From Octopus vulgaris (taxonomy: Eukaryota), in contig OX597832.1 in NCBI GenBank assembly GCA_951406725.2, positions 22,630,001-22,694,000 on the forward strand: a stretch of DNA of 64,000 nt. Reading direction: 5' to 3'. The position numbers were made by a program, and so were the translations under genes. The notes beneath the pieces were generated by a model that worked only from the letters and a program-made list of their open reading frames with translations, was not told the origin of the DNA and did no database searches. Below, piece after piece: positions 26,256 through 39,478 of this stretch; within the stretch, counting starts at the first letter, position 1, and each line of letters starts with the position of its first letter.

Positions 26256-26785
26256 TTCATTTACTGGATCATCATCGTCATCTTCGTATTTGTACTTCTC
26301 CGTCTTAAGGTGTCATATAAATGTGATATTATTCAAGCGTATTGTAAACGCGCTTAGTTACTGCGAATTAATGCACTTTGACAATTTCTCTCGTTCATTT
26401 GTCAATGCTGCCGCTGTAATACTGTTAGTTTATGTCAGTAAACCGGATACAGCCTCTTTGGGTTTTTTTGAGAGTGGATGGATGAATCTCATTTGTGTAA
26501 TCAACTAATGTGAACGCTCGGATAGCAATGAAATTACGAGATTGGGCTCCAGTGAGAATAAATCTTTCCATTTTCTCGCTACGCTGGCGCTAGAAAATGT
26601 AGTGCACACATAAACACGTGCATACGTATACAATAAATATATGCAGGTGTATATATATATATATATATACACATATTCACGCAGGTGTCTCTTTGGTGGA
26701 GGCTAATAATGATCATATCCGAAGTACGTTGATATTTGTTTAAATACGCGGTTCCACAAATCTTGTGGAAAATATAATGTACTGA

Positions 26786-26840
<55 letters not shown>

Positions 26841-26879
26841 GTAATAATAATAATACCAGTTGCGTACTGGGATCGAGCT

Positions 26880-28294
26880 ATCTGAAAAACAGATGGATTC
26901 CTTAACCAAAACAGTCCAGAATTGTGGTAAAGACATCGGTATGGAATTTGGGATCACGAAATACTCAGTATTTAATATGAAAAGAAGGGAGAAAGCAGCC
27001 TGCAGAAGATTGCGGTTACCATCAGGAACAATCATGGGTGAACCCGACGGTAGTGGGTAAAAATATTTACGAGATTTGGGAGCTGGATGACATTCTACAC
27101 AGAGAAACGAAAGTCAAGGTCAGCGAGGTGTATCAAAAAAGGATGAAGGTAGTGTAGAAATCCAACCTGAATGCCAAAAATGTGATTACCGCAATGAATA
27201 TCTGGGCAGTTGTGGTGGTCAGATATAGTGCATCCATCCTCGGATTGAATAAGGAGGAAATATCAACACTGGATAGAAGGACGAGAAAGCTGATGACTCT
27301 GCATGGGGCGCTACACCCTAAAGCAAACGTAAACAGACTGTATCGGAAGAGAAAGAATGGTAGTAGAGTAATAATTAGTATACACCATTGTATAAGTAGT
27401 GAACGGGGAACGCTTGCCAAGTATTTGATAAATAGGGATGAAGACCTGCTGCAATATGCCGCGAAAGATATGGGTGTAAATCTAGGTGAATAATGTGTAA
27501 GGAAGAGTTTACCCAAAGAGCTGAGGAGAAGAGAAAATAAGACCCTCTTGAAATGAGAATGCATGGACAGTTTGAAAGGGATACGCAAGACGTTACAGAT
27601 AATACAGCATCGTGGACATTTGAAGCGTACCACCGAAAGACTGACTTTGCCTGCACAAGACCATGCACTCTAGTTACCAATTCAGTGAAGTATAACATCT
27701 GTAAAACTTCTGACACCCAGACGCTGTGGAGGGAGTTTTGAAAATGTGACCCACTTGGTAAGTGGATGTGAGAGCCTTGCACAAAATGAATACAAACGCC
27801 GCCACGATGAAGTGTGTGTGTGTGTATCCTCATTGGCTTTTATGCCGTAAATACCAATACGAAGTAACCGAGAACTGGTGTGAGTATGTACCAAGTAAAG
27901 TTATGCAGGAAGATGGAAAAGTAACAATGCTCTGGGACTGTGCAATTAAACACTGTCGGCCGGATGTTGTCATATTGAATAAGAGTGACAAATACTGTTA
28001 CATCATTGATGTAATAATACCAAGTGACATAAATGTTGTGAGTAAAGAGCTTGAAAACATCGCCAAGTACTCCGAATTGAAAGTGGAAATGGCAAGGCTG
28101 TATGGAATGCGAGAGGCTAATGTAAAAGTGATACCAGTGGTGATCAGAGCGTAGTAGGTGCATTAGGCATGATTAAAACATATTCAGACAAATACATAAC
28201 AAAAACACCAGGTCTTACAAACACATATAACATACAGAAAATTGCACTACTGTGCACTGCCCATATCCTATGCAAAACACTTTCAATACAGTAA
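26880..28294 (+). pseudogene. 5'-truncated R4/Dong-clade non-LTR retrotransposon: RT C-terminus/thumb, CCHC finger, restriction-like endonuclease
   Basis: DIGMEFGITK; LNAKNVITAMNIWAV..RYS; LDRRTRKLMTLHGALHPKANVNRLY; HLVSGC..LA..EYKRRHD; RPDVVI...IIDV.IP.D...KY..L; many stops and frameshifts; preceded by (TAA)n 26787-26855. Confidence 0.9.
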
Positions 28295-29106
28295 CCATCA
28301 GAGCGTCACAACAAAACAGAAGACGAATGAAGTCTAGGATCTTTTGAATTGTGCCTAGTTTAATGAGGAATAGCATATATCCACACTGATATCAGACCAA
28401 TCCTCCTGATGGATCCGCTTCATCTCCAGGAGGTTATTAATCCTTTCCAAAACGATACACCCTAAAATCTACCATAAATTTACCTCCGGTAGCATTCCTG
28501 AGTTCTTTATCCTCATTGTCGAACACATATTTTTTGCTCAGACACAGAACCACGGAATGTTTGGCTGCAATAACTTCCGTCTTGAAGAGCACTTAAATAC
28601 TCGCAAGCAGCTTGGCTCTCGAGATATCCTGAATGTCAGGTATTATCTCTTTCAGAGCACCTTCCACATGTGCGAGTGTCTTATTGTGTGTGTTTGTAAG
28701 TGAGGTGTTGAAAAGGGACCGCCATTTATTCATAATCACTGAGCATATTATCAGGCAGTTATTCTCATCGATTCTAATTATAATTTAATTAAAATTTATC
28801 TTCTAATTAGAAAAGAAATTGGTTATCATTATCAAAATATTGTGTGCAAAGCCTCTTACAGCATAGAAAATGCATAATTTTTATCTGCTGCATATTCTTC
28901 AGAAAATGTACAGGTCGTAGGCGAAATTAGGTCTTCATGTTTGTAGAAGGTCCAGTAATAGTTACGTATTTAAAATTCAAAAACCAGTAAAGATTGTTTG
29001 CCAACATAATATGGCAGTCCTGGTTTAGGTCTAATGTTGCTGTAATTTAACCCCAGGAGACATCGTCTCCAACTGGATATACGACACGATCTGTGTCCTT
29101 ATAAAA

Positions 29107-29337
29107 GGCGGCGAGCTGGCAGAAAGGTTAGCACACCGGGCGAAATGCGTAGCCGTATTTCGTCTGCCGTTACGTTCTGAGTTCAAATTCCGCCGAGGTC
29201 GACTTTGCCTTTCATCCTTTCGGGGTCGATAAATTAAGTACCAGTTACACACTGGGGTCGATGTAATGGACTTAATCCGTTTGTCTGTCCTTGTTTGTCC
29301 CCTCTGTGTTTAGCTCCCTGTGGGTAATAAGGAGACA
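29107..29337 (+). mobile_element. SINE family B inserted in the palindrome arm
   Basis: 16-bp TSD GATCTGTGT(C/T)CTTATA at 29088-29103 / 29338-29353. Confidence 0.92.
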
Positions 29338-29400
29338 GATCTGTGTTCTTATATTTTTGAACAAGGGAATCTAGCACTCCCACTCAGCTCAAAACAATAT

Positions 29401-29441
29401 CTCTGTATCGCGATTTCTGAGTTATTTCTCTTCATCAGGAA
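29401..29441 (-). ncRNA. Minimal hammerhead core (stem I 5' strand lost at the inversion junction)
   Basis: CTGATGA-a gag aaataa ctc a-GAAA-t CGCG a-TA-cag; palindromic CGCG loop III. Confidence 0.65.
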
Positions 29442-30404
29442 ATCGCGAAACCCAGAAATCGCGATACACAGATATTGTTTTGAGCTGATTAGGGGTGATA
29501 GATTCCCTTGTTAGAAAATATAAGGACACAGATCGTGTCGTATAGCCAGCTGGAGACGATGTCTCCTGGGGCTAAATTACAGCAACATTAGCTCTAAGCC
29601 AAGACTGCCATGTTATGTTGGCAAACAATCTTAAACTACAAAGTACTGTTGCTGAATATCTCACGTTGTGAGATTAAAAAAAAAATAGTAATTTTCTAAG
29701 TCAAAAACTAGTCTGATGCAAATGATACAAAAAGATAAAAAAGCCGATTTCTGGATACTTGCGATATCATAAGAGCAATTCTCTGACTGGGCCATTAAAA
29801 ACTGCTTTATGTTCTTGTTAGCATGAAACTTGAATTGACTGGAGACCAGACGATATGCACAAATAAGTGTTTGCGTTATTGTATGGCCATTGAAGCGGAA
29901 GTTACACTGATAATATCGGATAAAAGTGAAGTTACTAGTTATCGTGAATACTGAATAACTGGATGATAATGAGACAAATATACTGAAAGAAGAAAGAAAT
30001 TCAAAAGCTTCTTCTAATGGAGCTGAGATGCGAAAAGTTTTAACACTACTTTGTTGTAGCGAGAAAGACAAATCAACCGAATTTCAAACGTCAAATGATT
30101 TTGGGTGAAGCGTATGAATACATTGAAGGAAGATACAGGTAGAGATGTGTGGTTAAGAAGCTTGTTTTCTCAGTCGCGTGGTTTCGGCTCAGCTGCACGA
30201 AACACTGGGCGAGATTCTTCTGCTGTAACTGCGGGATGACTCCTGGGTTGTGAATGAATTTGGCAGACGGTAACTGTACGGAAGCCCGGCGTGGTTCAGT
30301 GGTAAGAAGCTTGCTTTCCAACCACATGGCTCCCTGTTCAATCCCACAGCATGGCACCTTGGGCAAGTGTCTTCTACTATCGCAGAAACTGAAAGAAGCC
30401 CGTC

Positions 30405-30444
<40 letters not shown>

Positions 30445-30504
30445 ATATAATATAATATAAATAATATATGCATATATACATACGTATATGTACATACTTA
30501 CATT

Positions 30505-30547
<43 letters not shown>

Positions 30548-30735
30548 TATGTGGGCACAGGACGTCAGGGAACGTGTACAACAAAAAATACGAAGTACGA
30601 GTACATGGAATATGAACTATTTCTTCGAACAACGGAAGATACAAATGGAAGACAAGACAAACATAAAGAACAACCCTTCATCAGTTCTTAACTGTTTTTC
30701 TACTCTCGTATTTCGAACATTTAACAAAAACAACA

Positions 30736-30857
<122 letters not shown>

Positions 30858-31170
30858 CAATAGGTGAATGAATTATCCTATGTTTATCGTCAGCATGGAA
30901 AATTCGTTGAACCGATACCAGGGTAGCAAATTCGCGTCAGAAACACGGTTGAAGCGACCTGTCCAAGGGTAGAAACTCCGGGTTCATTTGCAGAAATTTG
31001 TGTGTTATATATGAATAAATGAAAGAATGGAGTCGAACGAAGATATTACACCCTTTATTCCTTTGGAATGAAACCATGCAGTCTTCGAAACATATGTGGC
31101 GAGTAAAGGAATTTTGTTAACATCTTCGTTCGACTCCATTCTTTCATTTATATATATACATATATAAATA

Positions 31171-31560
31171 GGAGTGGCTGTGTGGTAAGTAGCTTGCTAA
31201 CCAACCACATGGTTCCGGGTTCAGTCCCACTGCGTGGCATCTTGGGCGAGTGTCTTCTGCTATAGCCCCGGGCCGACCAATGCCTTGTGAGTGGATTTGG
31301 TAGACGGAAACTGAAAGAAGCCTGTCGTATATATGTATATATATATATATATGTGTGTGTTTGAGTGTCTGTGTTTGTCCCCCTAGCATTGCTTGACAAC
31401 CGATGCTGGTGTGTTTACGTCCCTGTCACTTAGCAGTTCGGCAAAAGGAGACCAATAGAATAAGTACTGGGCTTACAAAGAATAAGTCCTGGGGTCGATT
31501 TGCTCGACTAAAGGTGGTTGGTTAGCAAGCTACTTACCACACAGCCACTCCTGCGCCTAT
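31171..31560 (+). mobile_element. SINE family A followed by an inverted copy of its own 5' head
   Basis: 31514-31551 is the reverse complement of 31171-31208. Confidence 0.88.
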
Positions 31561-31820
31561 ATATATTCGCCTCTCATATTTCCTGACATTTTATAGTTTA
31601 TATAATCCTCATGAAATCGTCTCATCGATCGTATCTTCTAGATTTCAGCCGCATATAACTCTGCATTATACCCCTCGGCCAAACAAAACCAGCCAGAAGG
31701 TTTTGGTCGTCTCGAGGCTATAGCAAAATATATATGCTGAATGTGTCGTGTCATACAGTGGGACTGAACCCGGAACATTGTGGACGTTAGGCAAACTTCT
31801 CACTACACAGCCACACATGC

Positions 31821-31853
<33 letters not shown>

Positions 31854-31855
31854 GT

Positions 31856-31886
<31 letters not shown>

Positions 31887-32093
31887 GTCTGTCTGTCAGT
31901 CAGTCTATCTATCTATATGTCTGTCTGTGTGTCTATTTATCTATCTACCTATCTATCTATCTATCTATCTACCTATCTACCTGTCTGTCTATCTATTTAT
32001 CTATCTATATATATATATATATATATGTCTGTCTGTCTGTCTATCTATTTGTCTGTCTGTATGTCAATCTATTTATCTACCTATCTATCTGTG

Positions 32094-32174
<81 letters not shown>

Positions 32175-32293
32175 ATCTATCTATCTCTCTACCTACCTAC
32201 TTACCTATCTACCTATATACTCGTATGTATATATGTGTAATATACATATAATATAATACATACACACACGCACGCGCACACACACACACACAC

Positions 32294-32342
<49 letters not shown>

Positions 32343-33285
32343 CACACACATAATATATATACACACATAATATATATACAATATATACACGAACTGAAGA
32401 TGTTACCCGCATTCATGATAAAGTGTCATCTGCGTAAATTAAGACTCGTAAGAAAACCTAAACCAACGTCCTTAGCCAAATTTCGAAAACTAAAACAAAT
32501 TAGAAAATTGATACCCAGTAGAATATGATAGTTGTTGGCTTGTAGGAATATTTCCGTATTTTCTATTCTGTGCAAAGTGAATACAGGTAGCCGAGATGTA
32601 ATTGCTGCTTTACGTGACGTTCATGTGAAGTTTGGAAGTAGATAATGTTTTGGTAAGGATAAAATTCATTTCTAGTTCTTTTAAGAAATTGTCAGATTGT
32701 TGACTTCAACATTACTACAGGTGAGTGAGGAAAGTCATTGACTAATGATTAAGACTTTTGTTGTTTCGGTATCAAAGGAACCACACCTGGAAATCATAGC
32801 TCGGCTTAGTTTTTGTAACCATGTCAGCTTATTAATGAGACTGAGTTGTTTTTAATTGTGCAAAATGCCGGAAGATTCTGACGCCTTCGGCATCAATGCT
32901 GACGCTCGGCCAGGCGAAACAGTTGAACTAATCTTAATGATTATCTGCCTGGATTATGATCTTTGCATTTCAGCTGACAAAATTTAAAGAACTCGGCTTC
33001 TTTCTGATAAACTCGACAATCAACCACAATATTAATATATGCAGATTATGCTGATAATATCGCTCGATTCTCATGCACCATCCTACCAGCCCAGCAATCA
33101 CCCTTCTACATAACCTGTGAAAATGGGCAGACTGCATGGATCTTTATGTCAATGCCTCAAAATCTGAATGACTCTGCTAAAATCAGGGGAGATCAATAAA
33201 CATAACCAATGAAAGATTTCTTTATAAAATTTGTTGTCTTTGTGCACCATGATGAACCTGGGACAGTTTCAAAGCAGCAGGCTTA

Positions 33286-33519
33286 CCTATTTCTTTACTA
33301 CCCACAAGGGGGTAAATACAGAAAGGACAAACAAGGACAGACAAACGGATTAAGTCGATTACATCGACCCCAGTGCGTAATTGGTACTTAATTTATCGAC
33401 CCCGAAAGGATGAAAGGCAAAATCGACCTCGGCGGAATTTGAACTCAGAACGTAGCAGCAGACGATATACGGCTACGCATTTCGCCCGGCGTGCTAACAC
33501 TTCTGCCAGCTCGCCGCCT
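33286..33519 (-). mobile_element. SINE family B
   Basis: Family consensus match. Confidence 0.9.
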
Positions 33520-33837
33520 TAAATACACTTAGCATACACTTTGTCCCACATATTCCGCCTGAGAATGATACATAAGGCTATATGTGTATGTGTGGTCTAT
33601 CAGCTGGAAACGGTGCATAAAACAGAATACTCATAAACGAAGCTTTTTACCAGTAAAACCTTAGTGACGAACTTCTCCAAAGCCGTTGCTCTCTCTGTCA
33701 GTTTAATGGTTCTTGGGATTGGTATTTATCTCGTTTGCAAAACTGAGGTTTGTTGCATAAGACGAGGAAATGCGGCATCAATTAGTCTGCAGAGCACACA
33801 CAGAAAATATTTCAAGAGATTAAACCTATGGCTCTGT

Positions 33838-34165
33838 GGACCCTCCGTCGGTTACGACGACGAAGGTTCCAACTGATGTGATCAACGGAACAGCCTCATT
33901 GTGACATTAATGTGCAAGTCGCTGAGCACTCTAAGGTTACAGGGACACATGGATCATTAACGAAGTTGTCAGGAAGATCCAGGGCGACACAAAATGCGAT
34001 ATGGTTGACCCTTTCAATTAGAGATACAACGGAATTTTCCCAGCTGAGTGGACAGAAGCAATGTGAAATAAAGTGTCTTGCTCAAGGACAAAACGCATCT
34101 CCGGGAATCGAACTCAGGACCTTAAGATCGTGAATTCAATAATCTAACCACTAAGTCACGTGACT
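33838..34165 (-). mobile_element. CORE-like head/family C tail SINE, diverged
   Basis: Colinear with 21656-21974. Confidence 0.8.
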
Positions 34166-34199
34166 TCAGAAACATATGACAACTTTATATACAAATATA

Positions 34200-34612
34200 T
34201 ATTCCTTTATGGCCCACAAGGGGATAAACATAGAGGGGATAAACAAGGACAGACAAAGAGATTAAGTCGATTATATAGATCCCAGTGCGAAACTGGTACT
34301 TTATTTAGTGACCCCGAAAGGATGAAAGGCAAAGTCGATCTCGGCGGAATTTGAACTCAGAACGTAACGACAGACGAAATACCTATTTCTTTACTACCCA
34401 CAATGGGCTAAACACAGAGGGGACAAACAAGGACAGACAAACGGATTAAGTCGTTTATATCGACCCAAGTGCGTAACTGGTACTTAATTTATCGACCCCG
34501 AAAGGATGAAAGGCAAAGTCGACCTCGGCGGAATTCGAACTCAGAACGTAGCGACAGACGAAATACCGCTAAGCATTTCGCCCGTCGCGCTAACGTGTCT
34601 GCCAGCTCACCA
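34200..34612 (-). mobile_element. SINE family B dimer
   Basis: Junction at ~34380. Confidence 0.9.
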
Positions 34613-34940
34613 GCAACGGTGAATGATGTTTAGGTTTATGTTTGGACGACATTAACATAGTGTAATGGTAACAGACGTTCCCTTTTAATAATGTAGCTAT
34701 GGGCTATTCTTAATTTCCTTAAGGACACCAACGTTTAGGATGGATAATGAAATGATAATGATTATAGTAATTGTAGACTTCAATATAAGCAAATTATGAA
34801 GCATTTTAAACACTCGAAATATATATGTTCGACAAATTTTGATCACAACAACGCACCTACAAAAACAAAATTAGCAAACGAATCAATAACAGAATTTTTC
34901 TGCTGTCCCCTGTGGCTCTGTATGAATGTGTGCATCATTG

Positions 34941-34944
<4 letters not shown>

Positions 34945-34974
<30 letters not shown>

Positions 34975-35747
34975 TGTATGTATGTATGTATGTATGTATG
35001 TATGTATGTATGTATGTGTGTGTGTGTGTTTGTATGTGTGTATGTATGTATGTAAGCATGTATGTATGTATGTATGTATGCATGTATGTATGTGTGTATG
35101 TATGTATGTAAGCATGTATGTATGTATGTATGTATGCATGTATGTATGTGTGTATGTATGTATGTGTGTATGTATGTATGATTGTATGTATGTATGTATG
35201 TGTGTATGTATGTATGTATGTATGTATGTATGTATGTATGTTTGTATGTATGTATGTTTGTATGTATGTATGTATGTATGTATGTATGTTTGTATGTATG
35301 TATGTATGTGTGTGTATGTATGTATGTATGTATGTAAGTATGTATGTATGTATGTGTGTGTATGTATGCATGTATGTAAGTATGTATGTATGTGTGTGTG
35401 TATGTATGTATGTACGTACTATGTATGTATGTTTGTATGTGTGTATGTATGTATGTAAGTATGTATGTATGTGTGTATGTATGTATGTAAGTATGTGTGT
35501 ATGTATGTATGTGTGTATGTATGTATGTATGTATGTATGTATGTATGTATGTACGTATGTATGACTGTATACATTTATGCGTGTGTATTTGCCTCTTCTC
35601 TTTTTAATTATGTAAATTCTTCCTCTGATGATGGTGTTAATTTCTAACAAAGACACAAAGCTCCATCATTGGAATGTAGATGAGAAAAATAATGTCACAT
35701 TTTAAACTTGAGAAACTTCTTAGTGTTCCACCATGTATGTATGTACG

Positions 35748-35779
<32 letters not shown>

Positions 35780-35865
35780 TGTATGTATGTATGTATGTAT
35801 GTATGTATGTATGTATGTATGTATGTATGTATGTATGTATGTATGTATGTATGTATGTATGTATG
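34945..35865. repeat. (TATG)n tetranucleotide arrays (34945-35565, 35733-35865)
   Basis: Direct inspection. Confidence 0.95.
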
Positions 35866-36157
35866 AGGCTCACCAATGAAGAAGTTCTTAATCAGATCAA
35901 GCCGAAACTGTCGCTAGAAGCTAGGATCACCAAGCATAGATCGGCATATTTTGGTCATATTATGCGTAGAAAATCCCTGGAGAAGGACAACATGCACGGA
36001 ATGGTTAGTGGCAAGAGAGGATGAGGCCGACCAAGAACCCGCTGGCTTGACACCATCAAGAGTGACACGGGAATGGCCATAGCCAATCTGAAAGAAGCGA
36101 CCCAGGATAGAACTGGGTGCAGAACAGCGGTCCATCGAGTAACCGAGAGTCAACTTA
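35866..36157 (+). pseudogene. 3' end of an RTE-clade (BovB-like) LINE
   Basis: TNEEVL...LSLEARI.K....YFGHIMRRKSLEK..M.GMVSGKRG*GRPRTRWLDTIK......L.EATQDR..CR.AVHRVTES. Confidence 0.88.
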
Positions 36158-36385
36158 CAAGACAGCTATTATGCTCCCACGCACAAAACACCACCATGTG
36201 GACTCTATTGAGACTAGTAAGAAAAATATATGAACTTTTTTTATTACACTTAAATTTTAAAAATATATTTTATTGATAAGGTTCGTTTTTTCAAGAACAA
36301 CCGAAACATAAAATCTCTCAAAAAATTAAAATTTATCTTATATAGTGGCGTTTTCAAACTTAAATATATATATTTATATATATAT

Positions 36386-36612
36386 ATCGTGACGCATATT
36401 TGCCATTTGAATATGGCTAACCCCTAAGGGTGGATGCTACTGTAGTTTGTAGCCCCAGGAAGATATATCCTCCAGATGGCTATAGACACACTATCTGTGC
36501 CCTCTCAGTATTTAGTATATATCTTTAGGATATATCTTCCTGGGGCTACAAACTACAGTAGCATCCACCCTTAGGGGTTAGCCATATTCAAATGGCAAAT
36601 ATGCGTCACGAT
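36386..36612. repeat. Perfect ~86-bp inverted repeat in a (TA)n-flanked element homologous to the 28990-29632 arms
   Basis: 36386-36471 equals the reverse complement of 36527-36612. Confidence 0.95.
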
Positions 36613-36656
36613 GTGTTACCGCTACTGTTTATAACTCGGTCTGAGATTTATCATTG

Positions 36657-36696
<40 letters not shown>

Positions 36697-37296
36697 GACT
36701 ATAGGCTGTGGTTTGGAGGTCGTATAGAATCTATTTCTGGCTACCAGCTGTACTACCTGACTGAATTATAATGAGAAGAAATATTGCAGAAAAAGTGAAA
36801 TGAAAAAAAAAAAACGTTAGAGAAAAGAAATTAAAACAAAGAGATGAGAACTAAACGTAAAAATAATTATCAAATATTTAAAGAGCAAACTAAAACCAAA
36901 ATAAATTCAGAATTAGCATATAAATGGAGTGTTTTGTATTTGAATTAGAATTTAAATGTGTGTTAAAAATGTAAAAAGTTAAATCGTTGAAGAATTAAAA
37001 TTTTAAAATTATTGAATTGATAAATAAAAATAGGTTTGGCTGTGTGGTAAGACGCTTGCTTCCCAACCACATGGTTCCGGGTTCATTCCTAATGCGTGAC
37101 ACATTGGGCAGGTCTCTTCTACTATACCCTGAGGCCGAACATTGCTCGTGTGTATCTTTATCGTAAATTTTATGGAAGTTTTTGGAGCATTGGCTCCAAT
37201 ATTAGCAAATGGTATTATATAGCCTACCGAATCTTCAATTACTTTATATTGTGCATGTAAAGGTGTGAACTTGCTAGCTATCTTATTACTGTAAAT

Positions 37297-37647
37297 GGGA
37301 TGGAAGCACTCCGTCGGTTACGACGACGAGGGTTCCGGTTGATCCGATCAACGGAACAGCCTGCTCGTGAAATTAACGTGTAAGTGGCTGAGCACTCCAC
37401 AGACACGTGTACCCTTAACGTAGTTCTCGGGGATATTCAGCGTGACACAGAGAGTGACAAGACCGGCCCTTTGAAATACAGGTACAACAGAAACAGGAAG
37501 TAAGAGTGAGAGAAAGTTGTGGTGAAAGAGTACAGCAGGGATCACCACCATCCCTGCCGGAGCCTCGTGGAGCTTTAGGTGTTTTCGCTCAATAAACACT
37601 ACGACCGCGAGTCCGCTGCCCTAGCCACTGGGCCATTGCGCCTCCAC
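37297..37647 (-). mobile_element. SINE family C with an internal head deletion
   Basis: TSD TACTGTAAAT 37287-96 / 37648-57. Confidence 0.9.
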
Positions 37648-37699
37648 TACTGTAAATAACGGTGATAATACTACCTTATTTAAATTTCTCTTGTATACG

Positions 37700-37807
37700 A
37701 TAGTTTCTTTTGCCGAACTGCGAAGTTACGGGTACGTAAACGCACCAGCGTCGGTTGTCAAGCGATGTTGGGGGGGGGACAAGCATAGACACACATACAT
37801 ATACACA

Positions 37808-37852
<45 letters not shown>

Positions 37853-38030
37853 ACACACATATATATATGATAGGCTTCTTTCAGTTTCCGTCTACCAAAT
37901 CCACTCACAAGGCTTTGGTCGGCCTGAGGCTATAGTAGGAAACACTTGTCCAAGGTGCCATGCAGTGGAACGCACCCGGGACCAAGTGGATGGTAAGCAA
38001 GCTACTTACCAAATCACCACTGCTGCGCCT
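37700..38030 (-). mobile_element. SINE family A, 3'-truncated
   Basis: Family consensus match. Confidence 0.85.
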
Positions 38031-38251
38031 GTACAACTTAGGGGTTCAGACACAGTTACAGAGTTAAAACAAATATTAGGCTTTTATTAACATTATTTAC
38101 ATTTGACGGATATTTGTCCCCATCTTCTTTGTTGTTAAATACAGAACAGGAAAGTATTAGGCTTGATATGCATATTCGATGGGCTTCCATGCAGTTTCTG
38201 CCTGCAAAATGCATTCGCACGGCACTGGTCACCCACCCCCTTCCCGGACAC

Positions 38252-38307
38252 TAGGGTATTATTATAGTAGGGGACTGCCTTATCAAATATTTCTTCATAA
38301 AATAGAT

Positions 38308-38341
<34 letters not shown>

Positions 38342-38360
38342 TAAATTCACACACAGACAC

Positions 38361-38398
<38 letters not shown>

Positions 38399-38635
38399 GT
38401 ATATATACGTTTTCTACTCTAGACACAAGACCCGAAAGTTTTGGAGAGTTGCCAGTCGGATAGATCGGACCCAGTACGTAACTGGTACTTAATTTATCGA
38501 CCCCGAAAGGATTAAAGGCATAGTAGATCTCCGCGGAATTTGAACTCAGAACGTAAAGACGGACGAAATGCCGGTAAGCATTTCGCCCGGCGTCCTAACG
38601 TTTCTGTCAGCTCACCACTTTTATATATATATAGA
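38252..38635. repeat. Local duplication (unique flank + microsatellite + SINE B monomer); second copy at 43870-44235
   Basis: TATAGTAGGGG.CTGCCT.ATCAAATATTTCTTCA.AAAATAGATT through CTCACCACTT shared. Confidence 0.9.
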
Positions 38636-39309
38636 CACGTACTCAAGGTGCTATGCAGTAAAGCTGAATCCGAAGCCACGAGATTGCGGAGAAACTTCCT
38701 TACCACACGGCCATGTCTGAACCTTTTCCGTATTCATAAAAATACCCAAACCTGTATCCTACCGCAACAGGAGAGCAACGTATATTAAAAATCACCTTCA
38801 CCATACCAGCTTCAACTCCATTCCCATAGCCACATTACTAACAAAGTCCCTTAAATCTCGCTTCTATTCTGACTCTAGCTTCCTACGAATCTCTTTCAGC
38901 TTTGTCCCTTGTATATCTTCCATGTATGTCTTCTATATGTATTCTGTAGTGTGTACAGAATCTATCAACGTTTTATATCTTTCCTGCAATTATATATTTA
39001 ATATTATTTTTCACGGTTGATAAACACTCGCTAATACTTACAGATCAATAACTTATATACACTTGATTCTATTACAACGATATATTCATTCCACTCATTT
39101 ACATAATGTTTATATATATTTATATATGTTTATATTATTTCATAACACTTGGATATCTTAATATTTGCATCTGGCGATATTATGTATTTGACAAACACAA
39201 TTTTCTTTACAATTCCCTACACAATGTTTACATTTTAACTACAAATTTATGTTATATTTACAGAACACATTTTTAATCACACGTATGCCGCCATTTCTTC
39301 TAGCCAACA

Positions 39310-39313
39310 TTAC

Positions 39314-39396
<83 letters not shown>

Positions 39397-39447
39397 TTAT
39401 TGTTATTATTATTACCATTATTATTTTTACCATTATTATTATTATTA

Positions 39448-39478
<31 letters not shown>

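Larger units (their letters stand above)
28990..29632. repeat. ~200-bp-arm palindrome with a hammerhead core at its centre; left arm interrupted by SINE B
   Basis: 28990-29103 plus 29354-29423 are the reverse complement of 29449-29632. Confidence 0.92.
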
